The notes under the pieces: model-generated
The model's input: only the letters and a program-made list of their open reading frames with translations
What the model was told of the DNA's origin: nothing
Database searches by the model: none
Made by a program: the position numbers and the translations under genes
Assembly (NCBI GenBank): GCA_029252345.1
Contig: JAQXBP010000088.1
Location: 71-64,070, forward strand
Direction: 5' to 3'
Origin: Flavobacteriaceae bacterium
GTDB taxonomy: Bacteria; Bacteroidota; Bacteroidia; Flavobacteriales; Flavobacteriaceae
Length of the DNA: 64,000 nucleotides
Shown: one piece after another, positions 21,191 to 30,008 of the stretch
Layout of the letters: each line of letters starts with the position of its first letter
How positions within the stretch are numbered: position 1 is the first letter of the stretch

Positions 21191-21215
21191 TCCTATACTT
21201 AAAATTTAAAATTTA

Positions 21216-21223
21216 TATTTTTG
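21216..21223 (+). promoter_or_regulatory. Candidate Bacteroidota -7 promoter box (TATTTTTG) for pyrR-pyrB...
   Basis: Exact TAnnTTTG match, 15 nt upstream of the pyrR ATG and downstream of the rpsA terminator. Confidence 0.35.
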
Positions 21224-21238
21224 TATTAACTTAAGATC

Positions 21239-21775
21239 ATGCCAAATAAAATCCTCTTAGATTCAAAAAAAATTGAAATAATCCTAAGTAGGCTTGTTTA
21301 TGAATTAATTGAAAATCATAAAGACTTTCATGAAACAGTACTATTAGGGTTACAGCCAAGAGGTGTTTTTTTAATTGATAAAATTTTAGAAGTCTTTAAA
21401 AGAGATCATCCTAATATTAAAATTAAAAGTGGTATTCTAGATTACACTTTTTTCAGAGATGATTTTAGAAGGTCTGAGAAAACACTCTCTGCAAGTTCTA
21501 CAAAAATTGATTTTTCAATTGAAAATAAAAATGTTGTTTTAATTGATGATGTCTTATTCACTGGAAGAAGTATAAAGGCAGCTATGTCATCTATCGATAC
21601 TTACGGAAGACCAAAATCAATTGAACTTCTTGTTTTAATAGACAGAAGATTTAAAAGAGAAATTCCTATTGAAGCTAATTATTGTGGTGCTAAAATTGAT
21701 ACTTTCAAAGGCGATAGAGTAAAGGTTTTATGGGGTGAAAAATTAAAAGATAACGTTATATATATTGAGAGTTAA
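21239..21775 (+). CDS. pyrR: Bifunctional pyr operon regulator / uracil phosphoribosyltransferase PyrR
   Basis: PRPP-binding motif VVLIDDVLFTGRS. 178 aa. Directly upstream of pyrB. Confidence 0.88.
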   Translation: MPNKILLDSKKIEIILSRLVYELIENHKDFHETVLLGLQPRGVFLIDKILEVFKRDHPNIKIKSGILDYTFFRDDFRRSEKTLSASSTKIDFSIENKNVVLIDDVLFTGRSIKAAMSSIDTYGRPKSIELLVLIDRRFKREIPIEANYCGAKIDTFKGDRVKVLWGEKLKDNVIYIES

Positions 21776-22717
21776 ATGAATAAGCTAAGTGTTGACCATC
21801 TTTTAGGTATTAAGTCTTTAAATGAAAATGACATAAGTCTAATATTTAAGACTGCATCTCATTTTAAAGAAGTAATAAATAGACCAATAAAAAAGGTTCC
21901 AACTTTGCGTGATATTACCATTGCTAATTTATTTTTTGAAAATAGTACTAGAACCAAAATATCTTTTGAATTAGCAGAAAAAAGATTAGGAGCAGATATA
22001 ATTAACTTTTCAAGTTCTTCTTCATCAGTTAAAAAAGGTGAATCATTAATTGATACAGTTAATAATATACTTGCTATGAAAGTTGATATGATAGTTTTAA
22101 GGCATCCTAATCCAGGATCTTCACTACTATTGTCTCAGCATACCAATTCATGTATTATAAATGCAGGAGATGGTGCTCATGAACATCCAACTCAAGCTTT
22201 ATTAGATTCATTTTCATTATATGAAAACTTAAAAGATCTAAAGGGTAAGAATATTTTAATTGTTGGTGATATTATCCATTCTAGAGTTGCATTATCAAAT
22301 ATATATGCACTTAATCTATTAGGTGCAAATGTAAAATTGTCTTGTCCTTTGAGTCTTCTACCTAAAGATATAGAAAACCTTAATGTAACAATTGAAACGG
22401 ACGTTGTTAAAGCATTAAAATGGTGTGACGCTGTAAATGTTCTTAGAGTTCAACGTGAGAGAATGCTTAAATCATATTTTCCTGATAACAGAGAGTATTC
22501 AATGCTATTTGGTTTAGATATTAATAAATTAAATAAAATTAAAAAAGATATACTGATTCTTCACCCTGGACCAATTAACAGGGGTGTTGAGATTACTTCT
22601 GATGTTGTAGAATCAAATAATTCTCTTATTTTAGATCAAGTAGAAAACGGTGTTGCTATAAGAATGGCTATAATTTATTTGCTTGCATCAAAAATGAATT
22701 TTTCAATTAATGAATAA
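21776..22717 (+). CDS. pyrB: Aspartate carbamoyltransferase catalytic subunit
   Basis: FENSTRTKISFE (STRTR-type), HEHPTQALLD and LHPGPINRG motifs. Confidence 0.93.
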   Translation: MNKLSVDHLLGIKSLNENDISLIFKTASHFKEVINRPIKKVPTLRDITIANLFFENSTRTKISFELAEKRLGADIINFSSSSSSVKKGESLIDTVNNILAMKVDMIVLRHPNPGSSLLLSQHTNSCIINAGDGAHEHPTQALLDSFSLYENLKDLKGKNILIVGDIIHSRVALSNIYALNLLGANVKLSCPLSLLPKDIENLNVTIETDVVKALKWCDAVNVLRVQRERMLKSYFPDNREYSMLFGLDINKLNKIKKDILILHPGPINRGVEITSDVVESNNSLILDQVENGVAIRMAIIYLLASKMNFSINE

Positions 22718-23355
22718 TGAAGTTATTTAACCATAGAAAATTTTACGATAAGGATTCCTTAAGCATAGATGAAATAGGAGATAACCCTATGATTTTTTTT
22801 AAAAAGTGGTTTAGGGATGCAGAGAAATCTGATGAAATAATTGAATCAAATGCTATGACCGTTTCTACAAGTGATAATAATAATTATCCTTCTTCAAGGG
22901 TTGTTTTACTTAAGGAAATTAGAGATAGAAGTTTAATATTTTTCACAAACTATCAAAGTAAAAAGGGGAAGACTATAAATGAAAATCCAAATGTTTGTGC
23001 ATCCTTTTATTGGGCACCATTAGAAAGACAAGTGATTTTTAAAGGAATTGCTAAGAAAACATCAGAAAATTATTCAGATACATATTTTAAATCTAGACCT
23101 TTTACTAGTCAAGTAGGTGCAATAGTTTCAAATCAAAGTCAAATTATTTCATCTTATGATGACTTATTAGAAAGGCATTCCAAATTCTTACAAAATAATA
23201 ATAACTCAAACCTTGTAAGACCTTCTCATTGGGGAGGAATTGAAATATTTATTCATGAAATTGAATTTTGGCAAGGAAGAGAAAATAGACTTCACAATAG
23301 GGTTGTGTCAAATTTAATTAATGATAAATGGCAACATAATCTTTTGTCTCCTTAG
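22717..23355 (+). CDS. pdxH: Pyridoxamine 5'-phosphate oxidase
   Basis: RVVLLKEI and FFTNYQSKKG FMN-binding segments. C-terminal IEFWQGRENRLHNR. Confidence 0.88.
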   Translation: MKLFNHRKFYDKDSLSIDEIGDNPMIFFKKWFRDAEKSDEIIESNAMTVSTSDNNNYPSSRVVLLKEIRDRSLIFFTNYQSKKGKTINENPNVCASFYWAPLERQVIFKGIAKKTSENYSDTYFKSRPFTSQVGAIVSNQSQIISSYDDLLERHSKFLQNNNNSNLVRPSHWGGIEIFIHEIEFWQGRENRLHNRVVSNLINDKWQHNLLSP

Positions 23356-23844
23356 ATGAAAACAATTACCTTTTTAAGACATTCAAAATCTTCATGGGAT
23401 TATAATTTAGACGATATAGATAGACCATTAAGTAATTCTGGAGTTGTGAAAATTAAAAAATTAGCAGAATTATCAAAATCTCAGTTTTTTAACTCTGATA
23501 TAATATTTTCAAGTTCTGCTGCTAGAGCTATTCATACTTCTTTAATTTTAACAAGATGTTTATCTATCAGCTCTACTAGGATTAGTGTTTGTGAAGACTT
23601 ATATACTTTTGAATTTAATGAAGTGTTTAATTTTATTAATAAAATTGAAAATAAATATTCAGAGGTTGTTTTAGTTGGTCATAATCCTGCATATACTGAA
23701 ATTTCAAATTATTTTTCCAAAAATAAAATTTTAAATTTACCAACTGCAAGATGGTTTTCTATGAAGTTTAATTCTAATTCATGGTCTGATATTTTAAATT
23801 TAAAACCAACTTCTTATTCTAATAATTTAAAAAGTGGAACCTAG
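23356..23844 (+). CDS. Histidine phosphatase family protein (SixA-like)
   Basis: Catalytic RH motif ITFLRHSKSSW and second His in LVGHNPAYTE. 162 aa. Its 3' end overlaps the ppk1 start. Confidence 0.7.
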   Translation: MKTITFLRHSKSSWDYNLDDIDRPLSNSGVVKIKKLAELSKSQFFNSDIIFSSSAARAIHTSLILTRCLSISSTRISVCEDLYTFEFNEVFNFINKIENKYSEVVLVGHNPAYTEISNYFSKNKILNLPTARWFSMKFNSNSWSDILNLKPTSYSNNLKSGT

Positions 23845-25876
23845 ATATATAAATAGAGAACTAAGTTGGCTAGATTTTAATGCAAGAGTTCTTCAGGAAG
23901 CATCTAATAAAGAGGTTCCAATCCTTGAAAGATTAAGGTTTATAGGAATTTTTTCAAATAATTTAGATGAATTTTTTCAAGTTAGATATGCAACTGTTAA
24001 AAGAATAGCTGATACAAAACCAACTTCAAAAAACAGTAAAGATCATATAGCTGCTAAAAATCTTTTGGATCAAATTACTTCTAAGGTTATAAACCTTCAG
24101 TCAAAAAGTTCATTAATTCTAGAGTCAATTGAAAAGTCATTAAAAAATGAAAATATAGTTTTTATTAATGAAAAGGAGGTGTTAGAGTCTCAAAAAGAAT
24201 TTTTAAAGGATTATTTTATTAGAAAAATTAGTCCTTCTTTAGTTACTGTAATATTGTCAAATAACAAACTTCATGATTTTAAAGATAATAAGGCATTTCT
24301 AATAACTAACATTAAGCTTATAGATGATAATAATATTTATGCATTGGTAGAAATACCTAATGATATAAGTAGGTTTGTTGTTCTTCCAAAACAAGATGAT
24401 AAACAGTATATTATGCTTATTGATGATATAATTAGATATCATTTAGATATAATCTTTAGTTTTTTTAACTACTCTGATATTGAGGCTAATATGCTTAAAA
24501 TTACCAGAGATGCAGATTTTGATATAGATGATATTGATTTATCTAAGAGTTATATTAAAAAAATTCAAGAATATGTTAATAAAAGAAAAATTAGTAACCC
24601 AGTTAGACTAGTTTATGATAAAAATATCTCTAGTTCAACTTTAAGTTATTTAATTAAAAAAATTAAAATTTCCTCTTATGACAGTTTGATACCTGGAGGT
24701 AAATATCATCACAGAAGTGATTATATGAATTTCCCAGATTTAAGAAGATCTGATTTGTTATATCCAAAAGAAAAACCATTAGATATAAATGGTTTAAAAA
24801 TTGAATCTAATCTGTTAAATCAAATATCAGAGAAGGATTTTTTAATGTATACTCCATATCATTCGTTTTCTTATTTGGTATCTATTTTAAGGCAGTCTGC
24901 AATTGATCCAAGTGTTAAATCAATTAAAATTACTTTATACAGACTATCAAAAAAATCAAATGTTATTAGTTCTCTTATTAATGCGGCAAAAAATGGTAAA
25001 AAAGTATTAGTTCAAATCGAACTTCAAGCTAGATTTGATGAAGAAAACAATATTAAGGTATCTCAACAATTAAAAGCAGCAGGAGTAGATTTAATTTTTG
25101 GAGTCAAAGGTTTAAAAGTTCATTCAAAGATATGTTTAATTGAAAGGTTTAAGAGTAATAAAAAAAGATACTATGGGTTTGTTAGTACGGGAAATTTTAA
25201 TGAATCTACAGCTAAAATATATTCAGATTTCACACTATTTACATCAAATCAAAAAATATTAAAAGAAGTTCATAAAGTTTTTGATTTTCTTAAAGCCAAT
25301 TATAAAATACATGACTATAAACATCTAATTGTTTCTCCTCATCAGACTTCAAAAAAAATCTTTGAACTTATAGATAATGAAATTTTAAATGCTAAGAAAG
25401 GGTTAAAAGCTAATATCATATTTAAATTAAATAGCTTTACAAGCTATAAGTTTGTTGACAAACTTTATGAGGCTAGTAATTCAGGTGTAAAAATAAAATT
25501 ATTAGTTAGAGGTATATGTTGTTTAATACCAGGCAAAATTGGTCTTAGTGAAAATATTGAGGTTAAAAGTGTTGTAGATAAATATCTTGAACATTCTAGA
25601 GTTTATGTATTTGAAAATGGTGGTAAAACAAAAGTCTATATATCTTCGGCTGATTTAATGACAAGAAATATTGAAAAACGTGTTGAAGTTGCTTGTCCAA
25701 TTTATCAAGAGAATCTTAAACAGCAAATTTTAAAAACTCTTTATATTAGTGATAATGATAATATTAAAACTAGGGTAATTAATCATAAATCTCAAAATGA
25801 ATTTGTTAATAATTCAAATAAAACCATTAGATCTCAGATAGATACACATACTTATTTTAAAAATAATATAAATTAA
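23834..25876 (+). CDS. ppk1: Polyphosphate kinase 1
   Basis: N-terminus YINRELSWLDFNARVLQEA and two PLD-like C domains (KVHSKICLIERF, YLEHSRVYVF). GTG start. Confidence 0.92.
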   Translation: MEPRYINRELSWLDFNARVLQEASNKEVPILERLRFIGIFSNNLDEFFQVRYATVKRIADTKPTSKNSKDHIAAKNLLDQITSKVINLQSKSSLILESIEKSLKNENIVFINEKEVLESQKEFLKDYFIRKISPSLVTVILSNNKLHDFKDNKAFLITNIKLIDDNNIYALVEIPNDISRFVVLPKQDDKQYIMLIDDIIRYHLDIIFSFFNYSDIEANMLKITRDADFDIDDIDLSKSYIKKIQEYVNKRKISNPVRLVYDKNISSSTLSYLIKKIKISSYDSLIPGGKYHHRSDYMNFPDLRRSDLLYPKEKPLDINGLKIESNLLNQISEKDFLMYTPYHSFSYLVSILRQSAIDPSVKSIKITLYRLSKKSNVISSLINAAKNGKKVLVQIELQARFDEENNIKVSQQLKAAGVDLIFGVKGLKVHSKICLIERFKSNKKRYYGFVSTGNFNESTAKIYSDFTLFTSNQKILKEVHKVFDFLKANYKIHDYKHLIVSPHQTSKKIFELIDNEILNAKKGLKANIIFKLNSFTSYKFVDKLYEASNSGVKIKLLVRGICCLIPGKIGLSENIEVKSVVDKYLEHSRVYVFENGGKTKVYISSADLMTRNIEKRVEVACPIYQENLKQQILKTLYISDNDNIKTRVINHKSQNEFVNNSNKTIRSQIDTHTYFKNNIN

Positions 25877-25877
25877 A

Positions 25878-26774
25878 TTGAGAAAAATTGCTGCAATTGA
25901 TATTGGTTCTAATGCTGTGAGAATGCTTATTTGTTATGTCTTTCCTTCAGGAGATGAATATGTGTTTCAAAAAAATTCATATTTAAGATTACCTATAAGA
26001 CTTGGTGAAGACTCATTCAAAAATGGTATAATATCTAATGAAAAAATCAGTCTACTTACTAATGCAATCTTATCTTTTAAATATATAATGAAAGTCCATG
26101 GAGTAAATGACTATAAGATTTATGCTACATCAGCACTCAGAGAATCAAGAAACTCAAGAGAAGTAATATCAATTGTAAAAAAGAATACAGATTTAAATAT
26201 AGAACTCATTTCAGGCTTAAAGGAGGCTAAAATAATTTCTAAAGGTAATTCTCTTGAGAAAGTTGAGTTTAATAAAACCTTTTTATATGTTGATGTTGGT
26301 GGAGGAAGCACTGAATTTTCAATTTTAAGAAAAGGTAAAGAGAAAATATCTAGATCATTTAAAATTGGTACTGTTAGACTTCTTAATAATTTAGTTGATG
26401 ATTCAATGTTAATGGATGTAAAAAATTGGTTAAAATCTAACATAGACAATGATGATAAAATTAAATTATTTGCTACAGGTGGAAACATAAATAAAATTCA
26501 ATCAATGACAGGATCAAAATCTGGTAAACCTATTTCTTACCTATCTATTAAAGATTTATCTAACACTTTAATAAGTTTTAATTACGAAGAAAGAATGGTA
26601 AAGTTTGATTTAAATCCTGATAGAGCTGATGTAATAATTCCTGCTTTAAAAATATTCATAACAACTATGGAGGTCGTAAAAGCAAATAAAATGTTCGTCC
26701 CTAAAGTAGGATTAGTTGATGGGATGATAAATGAAATATTTTACGAAAACAATGCCAATAAGTTAAATTCTTAA
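25878..26774 (+). CDS. ppx: Exopolyphosphatase (Ppx/GppA family, two-domain short form)
   Basis: Actin-like ATPase motifs IAAIDIGSNAVRMLI, VDVGGGSTEF and ATGGNINK. 298 aa. TTG start 2 nt after the ppk1 stop. Confidence 0.85.
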   Translation: MRKIAAIDIGSNAVRMLICYVFPSGDEYVFQKNSYLRLPIRLGEDSFKNGIISNEKISLLTNAILSFKYIMKVHGVNDYKIYATSALRESRNSREVISIVKKNTDLNIELISGLKEAKIISKGNSLEKVEFNKTFLYVDVGGGSTEFSILRKGKEKISRSFKIGTVRLLNNLVDDSMLMDVKNWLKSNIDNDDKIKLFATGGNINKIQSMTGSKSGKPISYLSIKDLSNTLISFNYEERMVKFDLNPDRADVIIPALKIFITTMEVVKANKMFVPKVGLVDGMINEIFYENNANKLNS

Positions 26775-27341
26775 TTTTAACTCCGTAATTAATTTACCTA
26801 TATTTTTATTGTCTTTTATTAATAAATCTAGTTTGTCTTTGCTGTCAAGGTATGAACTTTTAGTATTCTCTTCTGACAATTTAACATCTACTGATATTGA
26901 GTAATTATTTAACTCCTTTGATAAGAATGATTGAATTTTACTTCTGTATCCTTTAACTTCTTTTAAATTCATTTTATTAATTGTAGATATTGTAATAATA
27001 TTATTATTAATACTTGGACTATTCATATTTAAAAGAGAAAGAATATTATTATTTCCTTTATATTTTTCTCTATCGCAGAATTTTTTCCAAACAACATGAA
27101 AATCATTTTCAGTGAAATCATCTTCAGGTAAATCTTCAATTTTTTGATGTTGTTTTTCTTCACTGGAACTTTTAAAACTTAAGCTAGCAATAGAAAGAGA
27201 TGACACTTCTTCAGACTGTGGTGTAATAAATAATTTTTTATTAATTGATTCATTATTATCAGTAAGCTTCTTTTCTTCCTTTTTTATAAGACTATTAATG
27301 TCTGAAGTTTTAATTAAGGATTTTTTTTTTAATGCTATCAA
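26763..27341 (-). CDS. dnaX: DnaX tau-specific C-terminal region, in the +1 frame relative to upstream dnaX (no independent start evident)
   Basis: The ORF reads through the same A10 run that ends the dnaX 0-frame. An acidic/Ser-rich linker is followed by DFTENDFHVVWKKFCDREKYKGNNNILSLLN and FLSKELNNYSISVDVKL, which resemble Bacteroidota tau C-termini. The only track start is a TTG inside dnaX. Confidence 0.6.
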   Translation of the reverse strand: MIALKKKSLIKTSDINSLIKKEEKKLTDNNESINKKLFITPQSEEVSSLSIASLSFKSSSEEKQHQKIEDLPEDDFTENDFHVVWKKFCDREKYKGNNNILSLLNMNSPSINNNIITISTINKMNLKEVKGYRSKIQSFLSKELNNYSISVDVKLSEENTKSSYLDSKDKLDLLIKDNKNIGKLITELKLRI

Positions 27342-28374
27342 TTGAAGCTAATCTCATTAAGCAAAGCTCAACATGAATTCTTTTATCATTTATTTTTTGA
27401 TAATTTATTAATGATTCATTGATTATTTGAATCATTAGGATAAGATCTTCATCTGAAAAATTATTAGAGTGATCTATATATTTTGCTTTTAATTCATTTT
27501 TTAAATCAGATATTTTATCTGAAGAATCCATCTTACTGACTAATATTTCTCTTAAGTGTCTAGATAATCCGTTTAAAAAATTTACATCATCAAAACCTTG
27601 GCTAAAAATATCATTGTATTTGGTTAAAATACCTGGAATGTCTTTATTTTTTATAAAACTCGATAAATTAAAATATGTGTCATAATCTAGGATATTTAGA
27701 TTAGAAGTTACATCACCTATTGTTAAATTAGAATCTGTAAAGCTTACCAACCTGTCAAACATTGAGAGTGAATCTCTAATTGATCCATCAGATTTCTCGG
27801 CTATCAATGCTAATGAATTTAGATCAAACTTAATTTTTTTGTCTTTACAAATACTAGTTAAAAGTTTCGTAATTGACGAACTGTCAACTTTTTTAAAGTC
27901 ATAAATTTGACATCTAGACAAAATCGTTGGAATAATTTTATTTTTTTCTGTTGTAGCTAGAATAAACACAACATGTTTAGGAGGTTCTTCTAATGATTTT
28001 AAGAATGCATTAAATGCAGCATTAGATAGCATATGTACTTCATCAATTATGTAAACTTTATATTTTCCAATTTGAGGTGGTATTCTAATTTGATCAGTAA
28101 TATTTCTGATGTCTTCTACGGAATTATTAGATGCTGCATCAAGTTCAAAAATGTTATACTCAAAGTTTTCCTCTAGGTTGTTTATTTGTTTTGCAAGAAT
28201 CCTCGCGCACGATGTTTTACCTACACCTCTTGGTCCACAAAATAGAAGAGCTTGAGGAATTTGATCATTTTTTATAGCATTTGAAAGTGTTTTGACTATG
28301 GCATCTTGCCCAATCATATCACTAAAATCTTTTGGTCTATATTCAGATGCTGATGAAATTGAGGATTTATTCAT
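27310..28374 (-). CDS. dnaX: DNA polymerase III subunit gamma/tau, domains I-III (0-frame product, 354 aa from ATG 28374)
   Basis: YRPKDFSDMIGQD, Walker A GPRGVGKTS, Walker B IIDEVHML and sensor ILSRCQ (SRC). Start taken at MNKSS (28374) rather than 28446. Confidence 0.9.
   Translation of the reverse strand: MNKSSISSASEYRPKDFSDMIGQDAIVKTLSNAIKNDQIPQALLFCGPRGVGKTSCARILAKQINNLEENFEYNIFELDAASNNSVEDIRNITDQIRIPPQIGKYKVYIIDEVHMLSNAAFNAFLKSLEEPPKHVVFILATTEKNKIIPTILSRCQIYDFKKVDSSSITKLLTSICKDKKIKFDLNSLALIAEKSDGSIRDSLSMFDRLVSFTDSNLTIGDVTSNLNILDYDTYFNLSSFIKNKDIPGILTKYNDIFSQGFDDVNFLNGLSRHLREILVSKMDSSDKISDLKNELKAKYIDHSNNFSDEDLILMIQIINESLINYQKINDKRIHVELCLMRLASIDSIKKKILN
27321..27330 (-). other. A10 homopolymer (coding strand) at the dnaX frame junction: candidate slippery/recoding site or homopolymer error
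   Basis: Minus strand reads ...GAT AGC ATT AAA AAA AAA ATC CTT AAT TAA. The other two frames give TTA AAA AAA AAA TCC TTA ATT AAA... (open) and ...AAT CCT TAA (stop). Confidence 0.6.
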
Positions 28375-28380
28375 TATTAA

Positions 28381-28388
28381 CAAATATA
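28381..28388 (-). promoter_or_regulatory. Candidate -7 promoter box (TATATTTG) for dnaX
   Basis: Exact TAnnTTTG match on the minus strand, only 6 nt upstream of ATG 28374. This implies a near-leaderless mRNA if real. Confidence 0.25.
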
Positions 28389-28450
28389 GAAATAGAGAAA
28401 AAATTATTCTCAAATGATGTTTTTTTTTTAATAAAATTATCAACAAACAC

Positions 28451-28458
28451 TATATTTG
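28451..28458 (+). promoter_or_regulatory. Candidate -7 promoter box (TATATTTG) for rnpB
   Basis: Exact TAnnTTTG match ending 3-4 nt before the first base of the predicted P1 helix of RNase P RNA. Confidence 0.45.
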
Positions 28459-28461
28459 CTG

Positions 28462-28745
28462 AGCAAGCTGACTTATCGCTGTTTTTTCAGAGGAAAGTCC
28501 GGACACCAAAGAGCAATGTAGCGGGTAACACCCGTCATCTATTTATAGATAGGAATAGTGCAACAGAAAGTATGTACAGGTAATGCTGTAGTGGAATCTT
28601 GTAAACTCTGCATGGTGAAACGCCAAGTATATCTACGTTTTAAAATTGCTCGTTTTAAGTAGAAGGGTAGGCGGTATGAATGTAATAGTAATATTACATC
28701 TAGATAAATGATAAGACTCGACAGAATCCGGCTTATAGGCTTGCT
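28462..28745 (+). ncRNA. rnpB: RNase P RNA (bacterial type A), compact (about 284 nt)
   Basis: Universal P4 strands GAGGAAAGTCCGGAC (5') and ACAGAATCCGGCTTAT (3'). P1 pairs AGCAAGCT with AGGCTTGCT and P2 pairs CTTATC with GATAAG. Also present are a CAACAGAAAG J11/12-like element and the CTAGATAAATGA segment preceding the P2 3' strand, as in E. coli M1 RNA. A T-run follows P1. Confidence 0.88.
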
Positions 28746-29278
28746 TTTTTTATAATAGTTAATACAGAAGAACCATATTTTCTTTTTTCTATATTTTCAT
28801 TAGAATCAAATAAGCTAATATTGGAACTATGTTCAATTATTATTTCTCCATCTTTAGTTAAAGTATCATTTTCTTTAATCAGAGTAACCATCTCAGTGTA
28901 TTGTTTATTTGAAAAAGTATATGGTGGATCTGCAAAAATTATATCAAATTTTTTTTTATTATTTTTTAAATAAACTTTATAATCAATTTTTTTTGTTTCA
29001 ATATTAAATTCAAAATTCATTGAAGTTTCTTTAATGAATTTGATACAGTTGTGATTATTATCGATTGATGTAATTCCAGTACAACCCCTAGATGCAAATT
29101 CATATGAAATATTTCCTGTTCCAGAAAACATATCTAAGACTATTATTTCTGAGAGATTAAATTTATTTGATAGTATATTAAAAAGAGATTCTTTAACCTT
29201 ATCTGTAGTTGGTCTAACTGGTAGGTTTTTTGGAGCTCTAATAGAGATGCTTTTTTTAGTTCCCGATATAATTCTCAT
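28733..29278 (-). CDS. rsmD: 16S rRNA (guanine966-N2)-methyltransferase RsmD
   Basis: MRIISGTKKS...VRPTTDKVKESLFNIL, SAM motif LDMFSGTGNISYEFASRG and catalytic DPPY (IFADPPYTF). Confidence 0.88.
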   Translation of the reverse strand: MRIISGTKKSISIRAPKNLPVRPTTDKVKESLFNILSNKFNLSEIIVLDMFSGTGNISYEFASRGCTGITSIDNNHNCIKFIKETSMNFEFNIETKKIDYKVYLKNNKKKFDIIFADPPYTFSNKQYTEMVTLIKENDTLTKDGEIIIEHSSNISLFDSNENIEKRKYGSSVLTIIKKASL

Positions 29279-30008
29279 TTACAATTGAAAAAAAAGGTGA
29301 ATCATTAATTACTGAAGTATAATTTTTATAATCAATAAAATCAATAATAGAATATTTTGAAGCAATATCATAATAATCTTTAAATTGTTCAAATTTCCCT
29401 AAAAACATAACTTTATCTGTTTTTATTGAACTTTCATAGTTCTTCAGAACAAAAAATAAATAGTACAAAAATTCATTTTCATCATTGATTTTAAATGAAT
29501 TAAAAAAAATAAATTCATGATTATTGAAAATTATTATATCAAATGATTTATTGTTGAGGTTAACAAAAAAAGAAAGCCCACTTGATTTCGAAACTTTATT
29601 AACTAAGAAGTCATATAGATAAGTAAAGTAATTATTGTTTGAGTATTCTAGTTCATTTCTAATTAATAATTTAGATAATTCATCTGAAATAGAATATACT
29701 ACTTTAATTTTTTTATCACTTGATGTGTCGGTAATAATAGATTCTGATATTAATGTATTGGTATTCAAATACTTGTAATCAATTTTTTCATCAAAATATA
29801 ATGAAGGAACAATTGATGGTTGAGAATTGAAATATATTATTTCAACATTGTTTTTAACTAAATTAGATAAAAACTTATTGGTTTCTAATAGATAATCTTT
29901 ATCTGAAAAATAAAATCTGACACTATCAGATTCTTGTTCAATAAGAAAGGATGTTTCAAATTGATAAATAAATGTTTTTTTGATGTTACTCTTTGTTCTT
30001 TGCATCAA
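29256..30008 (-). CDS. Conserved hypothetical protein (DUF3822-like by genomic context)
   Basis: 250-aa ORF overlapping rsmD by 23 nt. I recall a DUF3822-family gene directly upstream of rsmD in Flavobacteriia. No catalytic motif recognised. Confidence 0.45.
   Translation of the reverse strand: MMQRTKSNIKKTFIYQFETSFLIEQESDSVRFYFSDKDYLLETNKFLSNLVKNNVEIIYFNSQPSIVPSLYFDEKIDYKYLNTNTLISESIITDTSSDKKIKVVYSISDELSKLLIRNELEYSNNNYFTYLYDFLVNKVSKSSGLSFFVNLNNKSFDIIIFNNHEFIFFNSFKINDENEFLYYLFFVLKNYESSIKTDKVMFLGKFEQFKDYYDIASKYSIIDFIDYKNYTSVINDSPFFSIVNENYIGN

Noticed and set aside
28332-28583. 83-aa plus-strand ORF
   Set aside because: It overlaps the dnaX 5' end in antisense and then runs through the conserved core of RNase P RNA (GAGGAAAGTCCGGAC). 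It is spurious.
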